From a virus, in the IMG/VR virus record IMGVR_UViG_3300030043_000002: 40,438 nucleotides of DNA; one strand, 5' to 3'. Under the pieces are notes generated by a model that saw only the letters and a list, made by a program, of their open reading frames with translations, was not told the origin of the DNA and searched no databases. The translations under genes were made by a program, and so were the position numbers. Positions 32,662-38,803 of the stretch are shown piece after piece (within the stretch, counting starts at the first letter, position 1; each line of letters starts with the position of its first letter).

Positions 32662-32863
32662 TTTACCTCCTCTTTCGTATGTAAATCCGCTTTACATTGT
32701 ATTGATCAATCAACTGCTACGACCTACACCTTAAGGTTCTATCGGGAGACTTGTTGTTTGATAATGCAAATATAACACAATACGAAAATATAATGCAAAC
32801 GAAAAGTAAATATATACGAAAAAACTTTCGTAATGTATACTGTGACTTAAACATGAGGGGGAT
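32662..32863. promoter_or_regulatory. divergent early control region
   Basis: A 202-bp gap between divergent operons. It contains motif copy 3, two 10-bp direct repeats ataatgcaaa (32761..32770 and 32790..32799), several TACGAAA or TTTCGTA half-sites, and TATAAT at 32789..32794. Confidence 0.6.
32679..32697 (+). repeat. 19-bp palindromic motif, copy 3
   Basis: Sequence atgtaaatccgctttacat lies 18 nt upstream of the first leftward gene, adjacent to its SD. Confidence 0.85.
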
Positions 32864-33154
32864 ATGCAACTAAAACAATATTTATTTGAAAACATGCTTA
32901 CTCAAGAAGAGTTTGCAGAAAAGTTAGGATGCACTAGAAATTATATATCAATGATATGTAGAGGTGCGTGTTATCCGAGCCGTAGGATGGCAAAGAAAAT
33001 TTCTGAATTAACAAGAAAACTAGTGGTATTTAATGATTTTGCCATGTCTTCTAAAAAGATCGGAAGACCAAAGAAAGTTTGTCCACCTGATTTGCAGAAT
33101 ATGACGTGTGTTTGTCAAAATAGCGATGATATAGAGACTTGTGTGGATATGTAA
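32864..33154 (+). CDS. Cro/CI-type HTH transcriptional regulator
   Basis: 96 aa. LTQEEFAEKLGCTRNYISMICRG is an XRE-type helix-turn-helix. First gene of the rightward operon, with SD gagggg. Confidence 0.7.
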   Translation: MQLKQYLFENMLTQEEFAEKLGCTRNYISMICRGACYPSRRMAKKISELTRKLVVFNDFAMSSKKIGRPKKVCPPDLQNMTCVCQNSDDIETCVDM

Positions 33155-33163
33155 ATAAAAAGA

Positions 33164-33182
33164 CCCTAGAACAATTCTAGGG
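33164..33182. terminator. hairpin downstream of the HTH gene
   Basis: Stem ccctagaa and ttctaggg (8 bp) with a 3-nt loop; A-run before it, and a T-run on the opposite strand. Confidence 0.35.
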
Positions 33183-33287
33183 CCCTAAAGGAGGAAAATT
33201 AATGAAAAAACAATGCAGTCAGCGTCGAGACCTACTGGAATGTTAATGTCATATTATAAATTTAATGATTAAGTTCAAAGGAAAAAA

Positions 33288-33479
33288 ATGTTAAGAAGTT
33301 TTTATTTTTCTCAAGCCAAAACTCCCCTCATTGTGGTTATTGACACAGTATCCCATGTAAGTCAAAAAGAATGCGAGATAGCAATATCTGGAAGTGGTTT
33401 TAATGGTATTATAAAATACGATGATGCAAAAATAGCCACTAAGGCTATGGAAAATTTGAATGAATTTTTAAATGCATAA
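33288..33479 (+). CDS. hypothetical protein
   Basis: 63 aa with SD aagga. Confidence 0.5.
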   Translation: MLRSFYFSQAKTPLIVVIDTVSHVSQKECEIAISGSGFNGIIKYDDAKIATKAMENLNEFLNA

Positions 33480-33644
33480 AAAAACCCCATCAGCTTTACG
33501 GGGCCGACGAGGTTAACTCATGCTATAAAAAAATATACATATTTTACACTCATTGCATAGATAGCCCTTCGGTGCTCAAAGGCCCCGATAGTTTACGGAA
33601 CATGAAACTCAACTATACAATACGAAACGAAAAGGATTTTGACA

Positions 33645-33860
33645 ATGGATTTATACGAGTTTTTAAGAAACGATGGTACAAAAAATTCCTTTTCTAATGC
33701 GGAAGCAGTAAGAAAAGGGTACAATCCATACATTCCAGGGGATATTAGACACGATTTGGTTAACTCTCACAAAAATTATGCGAATGAAATTGTTATTGTT
33801 GAATTAAAAAAACTTCTTACAATAAACGACAAGGCCTCTAAAGATTCATCTTGCGATTAA
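33645..33860 (+). CDS. hypothetical protein
   Basis: 71 aa from the ATG at 33645 (SD aaagga). The ORF track starts at an upstream TTG. Confidence 0.5.
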   Translation: MDLYEFLRNDGTKNSFSNAEAVRKGYNPYIPGDIRHDLVNSHKNYANEIVIVELKKLLTINDKASKDSSCD

Positions 33861-34077
33861 TCATATAGAGGCCTATCTTAGGTTTTCTTTTCAAATATAT
33901 TGTTATGTTTTTAAAGAAACTAATGTGGATTCAGCACGTTAGTTAACATTAAATTTTAAATTACTTAATTAAATCAAGTAATTTGGTCGTTTCCCTGAAT
34001 AAGATACGTCCAGATTACACAAAGTGAACATTTATCGCAACACGGAAAGCGAAATAATTTCACAAAGGTGTAAAATT

Positions 34078-34986
34078 ATGTCAGAAACACAGTCTCAAAT
34101 CACATTCCGCAGAGCTAAACATGATAAACAAAATCCTTATGTAATGATTTCTCGCGAAATGTTGCATGACAAATCTATATCTCCAAAGGCAAAAGGAGTT
34201 CTTTGTTACCTTCTTTCACTTCCTAACGATTGGAAAATCTATCATACTCATTTAATGAACGCTCTCGACGTAGGTAAGGATTATCTAGATTCAGCGATAG
34301 ACGAACTTCTTGCGTCAGGTTACGCAACTAGAAGTCGAGAAAGAGTAAAAGGATTATTTCAACCTTATCAGTATGAAATTAGTGAATTTAAAATATTTAT
34401 TCCAGAGAGGGAAATCCCACTTGGTGAACTTAACAGAGACGAAATGCCTCCACAAGATAGTTTCAACCAAAGCGGGTTAACCGCAGCGGAAAACCCGCAC
34501 ATACTAAAGAAAGAACGTAGTTCTTTCTCCCCTCCCTCTCATCATCAAAAAAATACTACTACTAATACTACTAAAGAACAAAAGTCAGTAGTAGTATTTT
34601 CTTCTTTGAATAATCTTAAAATATCAAACGCTCTTAAAGAAAAAATTTCTTCTCAAAACTCCGAGGAATCTGTTAATCTAGCAGTAAAACGCTGTTTAGC
34701 GTGGTCAGCTAGAGCTAATGATGAAGCAGGAATCCTAACATGCCTAAAAAAAGCTTCGACATGGAATGATACAGTCTCAAAAGATGATAAAGTTATTAGT
34801 AATCAAGAATATCTGAAGTCTATAGCTCAACTCGATGGAAAAAAGATCGGTTTGACTCAAATTTGCATCGGAAATACCTACATTGAATTCGTTTGTGGCC
34901 CTAAAGTTGTTAATTTAAGCATCGATAATGTAAACTTTAAAAAAGCTGTAGAAGATTACATGGAATATTTAAGAAGGAACAAATAA
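34078..34986 (+). CDS. replication initiator or replisome-organiser protein (winged-helix N-terminal domain)
   Basis: 302 aa from the ATG at 34078 (SD aaaggtg). FRRAKHDKQNPYVMISREMLHDKSISPKAKGVLCYLLSLPNDWKIYHTHLMNALDVGKDYLDSAIDELLASGY resembles phage and plasmid initiator N-terminal domains. A low-complexity linker carries DNA repeats. Confidence 0.55.
   Translation: MSETQSQITFRRAKHDKQNPYVMISREMLHDKSISPKAKGVLCYLLSLPNDWKIYHTHLMNALDVGKDYLDSAIDELLASGYATRSRERVKGLFQPYQYEISEFKIFIPEREIPLGELNRDEMPPQDSFNQSGLTAAENPHILKKERSSFSPPSHHQKNTTTNTTKEQKSVVVFSSLNNLKISNALKEKISSQNSEESVNLAVKRCLAWSARANDEAGILTCLKKASTWNDTVSKDDKVISNQEYLKSIAQLDGKKIGLTQICIGNTYIEFVCGPKVVNLSIDNVNFKKAVEDYMEYLRRNK
34550..34600. repeat. candidate origin repeats inside the initiator gene
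   Basis: A perfect 14-bp inverted repeat aaaatactactact (34550..34563) and agtagtagtatttt (34587..34600). A third, direct copy aatactact lies in the spacer. Confidence 0.5.
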
Positions 34987-35222
34987 TGTCGGGTGAATGC
35001 GAAAAATGCAGCGAGCATTGTTTAGACTGCTCTTGTACTGATTGGAATCCGTATCACACTCCGACTGAATCCATTGATGATGATATGTTGGCCATCCCAG
35101 AAGAATATTGGGTTGAGAAACTTCAACCAATCTTCAACGATTGGTCTTATCATCTCGAAGCTGGTTTAACTCAAGAACAACGAAAACAATTCATGCAGGA
35201 AATTATTGATGCACTCAGCTAA
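34986..35222 (+). CDS. hypothetical Cys-rich protein
   Basis: 78 aa containing CEKCSEHCLDCSC. Confidence 0.5.
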   Translation: MSGECEKCSEHCLDCSCTDWNPYHTPTESIDDDMLAIPEEYWVEKLQPIFNDWSYHLEAGLTQEQRKQFMQEIIDALS

Positions 35223-35577
35223 AACGCTTACTATCGAAGAATATTTTGCAAGAGCATCAAAAAAGCCAATAAAACATAAGTACAATGCAAAACGGACAGA
35301 AGTCGACGGGATAAAATTTCCTAGCAAGTTAGAAGCTTCTTATTTTCGTAAACTAACTACATTGCAGGCTCAAGGAGATATTATCTTCTTCCTGAGGCAG
35401 GTTTCCTTCGATTTACCAGGGAAAACGCGATACGTGGCAGATTATGAGGTTTTTTGGACTAATGGCGATATCAGCTTTATCGATGTCAAAGGTCGCGATA
35501 CTCCAATGTCCATTCTCAAACGCAAACAAGTCGAAGCGATATATCCAATAAAAATAGAAGTTGTCACAAAAGTATAA
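35206..35577 (+). CDS. DUF1064 protein (RecU/Holliday-junction-resolvase-like nuclease fold)
   Basis: KYNAKRTEVDGIKFPSKLEASYFRKL...GDIIFFLRQVSFDL...RYVADYEVFW..G...FIDVKG matches the DUF1064 pattern. Confidence 0.7.
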   Translation: MMHSAKTLTIEEYFARASKKPIKHKYNAKRTEVDGIKFPSKLEASYFRKLTTLQAQGDIIFFLRQVSFDLPGKTRYVADYEVFWTNGDISFIDVKGRDTPMSILKRKQVEAIYPIKIEVVTKV

Positions 35578-35622
35578 AAAGGCTACATCTTGATTTCATC
35601 CATCATCTTAGGAGTGCAATAT

Positions 35623-35868
35623 ATGCTGCAGAATCCCAATCCAATTGTAAAGAATTTCTTGCTCGCTGCCACTTTTTGCTTCTTTTTTTCCATCTTCATT
35701 GGTATTGTTTTGTTTTTTACGGGATGCTCGTACATCCCTGATCTAGCTAAAGACGTAGAAGACTATGCAACAGATGACGCAATTAAAATCGAAGTGTCAC
35801 GCGAAGCTCTTAGCGAAAATCATAACATCGATATAGATATAAAAGTTAACAAAACGCAGGGAAAATAG
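35623..35868 (+). CDS. small lipoprotein
   Basis: 81 aa from the ATG at 35623 (SD aggag). It has a hydrophobic signal and the lipobox FFTGC (LFFTG-C). Confidence 0.55.
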   Translation: MLQNPNPIVKNFLLAATFCFFFSIFIGIVLFFTGCSYIPDLAKDVEDYATDDAIKIEVSREALSENHNIDIDIKVNKTQGK

Positions 35869-36032
35869 TGGATTCATACGAACTAGATGTACATTGTCCC
35901 GATGGGGATTTTACTGTAAAATGTGATAGCTACTCCGCGAAACTTATTTACAAACCACCAACAGAAGAAATAAAAAGCCATCCCAAATACAAATTTGCAA
36001 TGCATATATTGGAAAAAACATATGAACTTTAG
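35868..36032 (+). CDS. small 54-aa protein (GTG start, below cutoff)
   Basis: TAGTG overlap with the upstream stop. Product is VDSYELDVHCPDGDFTVKCDSYSAKLIYKPP... Confidence 0.35.
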   Translation: MDSYELDVHCPDGDFTVKCDSYSAKLIYKPPTEEIKSHPKYKFAMHILEKTYEL

Positions 36033-36309
36033 AGCCCTAGGCAAAAACGTTATACTTAAAAAAATACAGAAGATCAAAGATGATTCTAAAGTTGTTATTA
36101 TTCAAGTGCGTGAAGATAACGATCTGCCTCTCTACGAAATTCTTGAAATTGGCTATGAAGTTTCTGAAAATTACAGTCTTAGCATTGGTGATCATGTACA
36201 CATTCAAAATCATTCCGCTATGGTATTAAACGACAAAGAACAACTATTCATCGTTAACTACGAAAAGATCATCGTTGCTCTAAAAAAGGAAACTACAAAT
36301 GCCTCTTAA
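36022..36309 (+). CDS. GroES-like co-chaperonin
   Basis: 95 aa from the ATG at 36022. MNFRALGKNVILKK...YEILEIG...IGDHVHIQ...EQLFIVNYEKIIVAL parallels GroES (MNIRPLhDRVivK...GeVlAvG...vGD.V.f....e.lim.e.dIlAi). Confidence 0.65.
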   Translation: MNFRALGKNVILKKIQKIKDDSKVVIIQVREDNDLPLYEILEIGYEVSENYSLSIGDHVHIQNHSAMVLNDKEQLFIVNYEKIIVALKKETTNAS

Positions 36310-36439
36310 GAAATCAACTAGCAAAGAAGCTTTCAAATCCAACATTAAAGCAGAAATAGCTGCAAATAAACCACCGAAACAAGCAGTAGCCATAGCATAT
36401 AGCGAAAAACGACAAGCAGCAAAGAAAAAAGGTAAATAA
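36299..36439 (+). CDS. conserved small basic protein (46 aa, below cutoff)
   Basis: MPLKKSTSKEAFKSNIKAEIAANKPPKQAVAIAYSEKRQAAKKKGK resembles a widespread small family (...kp.kQAvAIAls..r). It overlaps both neighbouring genes. Confidence 0.5.
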   Translation: MPLKKSTSKEAFKSNIKAEIAANKPPKQAVAIAYSEKRQAAKKKGK

Positions 36440-36804
36440 TGAGAGCAGGAATGAAATTAAACGAACTTCTAGAACAACTATACGATAAAAAGATCGATGA
36501 ATTCATCGAAGGCTTTAAACACTCATGCTGCGAAAATCTATGTAAATCCGCTTTACATGAAAGGGAATCTGATGATGAAGAAGCAGAATTTCCCATCTAT
36601 GGAGATTATCTAAAAAATTTAAGAGGAGATTATTTAAAAATTTCTTATATTGATCTTTTCTGTATCGCTGATCGTAATACTATGAGACCTTATGTTACTG
36701 CTTATGTCGGTGATGACGACTTTAAAATAAAAGAATTCGACTGCAAAGAAAAAGCCCAAAATTATTTAGATCAACTTATAGGAGAAATTAACAATGCTAG
36801 ATAA
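36439..36804 (+). CDS. hypothetical protein
   Basis: 121 aa; contains motif copy 4 in its coding sequence (LCKSALHE). Confidence 0.55.
   Translation: MRAGMKLNELLEQLYDKKIDEFIEGFKHSCCENLCKSALHERESDDEEAEFPIYGDYLKNLRGDYLKISYIDLFCIADRNTMRPYVTAYVGDDDFKIKEFDCKEKAQNYLDQLIGEINNAR
36540..36558 (+). repeat. 19-bp palindromic motif, copy 4 (intragenic)
   Basis: Sequence atgtaaatccgctttacat, identical to copy 3. Confidence 0.85.
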
Positions 36805-37036
36805 ACTCAACTCAATCATGCGCTCAACTGCCCATTTTAGCCAACTACTTACTCCACTTACTAATCTAGTCGAGATGTACAAAGCTAACTACGCTAAAGA
36901 CGGCACTACATTGGAAGCTTATATCGATACTCTATGTGAGTTCCTACAAGCTCATAAATCGCCCGTTGCGCCCGTAGAACCTGTAGTTCCTGCTGCTCAG
37001 GCCCCAGTTCCTCCGGCTCCTACTGCAGCTCAGTGA
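36794..37036 (+). CDS. hypothetical protein with P/A-rich tail
   Basis: 80 aa; last gene before a strong terminator. Confidence 0.5.
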   Translation: MLDKLNSIMRSTAHFSQLLTPLTNLVEMYKANYAKDGTTLEAYIDTLCEFLQAHKSPVAPVEPVVPAAQAPVPPAPTAAQ

Positions 37037-37051
37037 AAGCAACGTATCATC

Positions 37052-37084
37052 GATCTTATCCCAGCGTGGATAAGGTCTTTTTTT
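37052..37084 (+). terminator. rho-independent terminator ending the rightward operon
   Basis: A 10-bp stem gatcttatcc and ggataaggtc (one G.U) with a 6-nt loop, followed by 7 T. Confidence 0.75.
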
Positions 37085-37098
37085 AAATAGGACACTCT

Positions 37099-37233
37099 AT
37101 GGACAAAAGTTATAAACTACTCATTAAAAAAGAGCAAAAGCTTGAAAAGGACACCAAAAAAGTCTTAGCTAAAGATAAAACTCGCGACAAAATAGTTGAT
37201 AAATCTAAAAAAAAACTGAAAGAGAAGTCTTAA
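37099..37233 (+). CDS. lysine-rich 44-aa ORF (below cutoff)
   Basis: Product is MDKSYKLLIKKEQKLEKDTKKVLAKDKTRDKIVDKSKKKLKEKS. No clear SD. Confidence 0.3.
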   Translation: MDKSYKLLIKKEQKLEKDTKKVLAKDKTRDKIVDKSKKKLKEKS

Positions 37234-37251
37234 CCTCTCCTTTCAGTGAAT

Positions 37252-37392
37252 TTAACGACTACTATGGCCCTTAACATACTGTTTAATAGCGTTTAGCAAA
37301 AATAATGTCATCGTTTTACTTTCTCTTTCAAGTTTTAACTTGAATTGCTTTAATAACTCTTCGTCCAATCTAACTATTATTTGCTTCCTCAT
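37252..37392 (-). CDS. ribbon-helix-helix (Arc/Mnt/CopG-like) DNA-binding protein, 46 aa, not in ORF track
   Basis: Hand translation gives MRKQIIVRLDEELLKQFKLKLERESKTMTLFLLNAIKQYVKGHSSR. This has the beta-strand (IIVRL), helix (DEELLKQFK) and second helix (SKTMTLFLLNAIKQYV) layout of RHH proteins. SD aagg lies 6 nt upstream. It overlaps the upstream ORF by 23 nt. Confidence 0.6.
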   Translation of the reverse strand: MRKQIIVRLDEELLKQFKLKLERESKTMTLFLLNAIKQYVKGHSSR

Positions 37393-37549
37393 TTAAAACC
37401 TTTCGTACAGTTAATTTGTATTTTTCTTGTCCATTCACTGTCCAATAAAAAGGACCTACTATTTTCAAAACCTCAACTTTTATTTGACCAAATGGTAATA
37501 TTTCACCGATTTTAACTTCTTTATTAGATGGATAATACATTGCGAACAT
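37370..37549 (-). CDS. small beta-rich protein co-transcribed with the RHH gene
   Basis: 59 aa from the ATG at 37549 (SD aaggg 7 nt upstream). The ORF track starts at 37579, where agga abuts the ATG. Confidence 0.5.
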   Translation of the reverse strand: MFAMYYPSNKEVKIGEILPFGQIKVEVLKIVGPFYWTVNGQEKYKLTVRKVLNEEANNS

Positions 37550-37579
37550 TTTATTTCCCTTTATTGTTTTGTTTTTCAT

Positions 37580-37766
37580 TCCTTTTTATCTCGCAATTTT
37601 CTTCTTTCACACTCTGCGATCTTATCCACACACTGCTAATCGTTACTCTTTTGCTTTGATAACTACAATATAGCACAAGATATCTATTTATAGCAAGCGC
37701 TTCTTTTCACTTTCACAATAAAAATAAATGTTATATGGTTTGTACAGAGATAAAATAAGGAAAATA
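37580..37766. promoter_or_regulatory. divergent control region between the RHH operon and terS
   Basis: The palindrome AGATATCT (37678..37685) is flanked by direct TATAGCA repeats at 37669..37675 and 37689..37695, 20 bp apart. Confidence 0.4.
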
Positions 37767-38282
37767 ATGCCAGCTGGTTGCCCTCGCACAGTTTCACTTT
37801 CACCAGATGAAATGATTTCTTTAGGTAAAGAAATGGTTAAATGGTGCTTAGAAAACCAAGAATCTATTCTGCATCTTTCTGATTGGTATACCATCTCTAA
37901 AGGCTTTACTTATAATGAGTGGAAAGCATTTATTCAACTTAAAGAATTCCTTCCCTATTACGAGCAAGCCCTTAAGATTGTGGGACGTAAGTATCTAGAT
38001 AAAGATTCTAATGTGCGCAATGGTATCTCTGAAAGATGGATGAGAGTCTACTATAAAGATCTCGTAGAGCAAGAAGATGCAGATGTTAAACAGAAAAGAA
38101 TTGATGAGTTAGAGATGAAAAAACTTCTGATCGAATATGAACTCAAACTCAAATCGGATGCCCTCGATACAGTTCCTGAAGAGATTAAACAACAATATCA
38201 CTCTTTGATATCACAGATTTCAGCTTTACAGTCTACTAGGAAGAGAGATTCGACTAATAAAAGCACCGACAACAAATCATAA
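37767..38282 (+). CDS. terS: terminase small subunit (putative)
   Basis: 171 aa from the ATG at 37767 (SD aagga). It lies upstream of terL, with an N-terminal HTH-like segment (GCPRTVSLSPDEMISLGKEMVKWC) and then a coiled-coil. Confidence 0.55.
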   Translation: MPAGCPRTVSLSPDEMISLGKEMVKWCLENQESILHLSDWYTISKGFTYNEWKAFIQLKEFLPYYEQALKIVGRKYLDKDSNVRNGISERWMRVYYKDLVEQEDADVKQKRIDELEMKKLLIEYELKLKSDALDTVPEEIKQQYHSLISQISALQSTRKRDSTNKSTDNKS

Positions 38283-38608
38283 TGATTAATGTAACCCGTC
38301 AAGGCATTCTGTGGTAGATTTTCCATGTTCGTTATCATGTCATGAAGGATGTCTAAAAGTTGTTTTTTCGTTGGTCTTTCTGCATATTCTGTTTGTAGCG
38401 ATAGTGTGGAGGAGGTATCTTTAATTGTCGGCACTATTGCGTTACCGATGTCATCCACACGAATAAAGTTGTTCCAGTCTTTTGCTGCGCAGTATAGAGC
38501 CTCTCCACAGCTTACTGATATCTCATCACATTTGCACGACACATAATCCGTTGAGTGAAAACTTTCAATGATTGATTCACACAATTTACATTTAGCTCGA
38601 TTTCTCAT
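38198..38608 (-). CDS. zinc-ribbon protein, antisense between terS and terL
   Basis: 136 aa. RAKCKLCESIIESFHSTDYVSCKCDEISVSCGEALYC resembles a conserved phage Zn-ribbon family. Its 3' end overlaps the terS 3' end by 85 nt. Confidence 0.55.
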   Translation of the reverse strand: MRNRAKCKLCESIIESFHSTDYVSCKCDEISVSCGEALYCAAKDWNNFIRVDDIGNAIVPTIKDTSSTLSLQTEYAERPTKKQLLDILHDMITNMENLPQNALTGYINHYDLLSVLLLVESLFLVDCKAEICDIKE

Positions 38609-38768
38609 TTTCTACTCTCCTAACTTGATCCACGAGACACTTTTCATAGTCTCTGTCGATGATATTTGTATAGGTAAGAGGCATATCAATGGGAACTTTT
38701 TGATATATTTTATCAAAATCTTTTCGAAGCTCCATATATTTTTCATTCAGTTGTTCTTTATTTAACAT
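38592..38768 (-). CDS. small 58-aa protein (below cutoff)
   Basis: SD gaggg lies 7 nt upstream of the ATG at 38768. Product is MLNKEQLNEKYMELRKDFDKIYQKVPIDMPLTY...; it overlaps the downstream gene by 17 nt. Confidence 0.45.
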   Translation of the reverse strand: MLNKEQLNEKYMELRKDFDKIYQKVPIDMPLTYTNIIDRDYEKCLVDQVRRVENEKSS

Positions 38769-38803
38769 TGAAATACCCTCAATAATATTGTAAGCTGTGC
38801 ATC

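Noticed and set aside
33202-33246. A 14-codon mini-ORF (MKKQCSQRRDLLEC) with a very strong SD aaggagg, right after the Cro-like gene hairpin.
   Set aside because: It could be a leader peptide, but it is too short to support from sequence alone, so it is not listed as a feature.
37370-37549. CsrA-like stretch (KIGEILPFGQIKVEVLKIV versus CsrA RVGETLMIGDEVTVTVLGV) in the partner of the RHH gene.
   Set aside because: It needs a one-residue gap, the N-terminal beta-strand and the conserved C-terminal Arg-containing motif do not line up, and it is too short to claim without a profile search.
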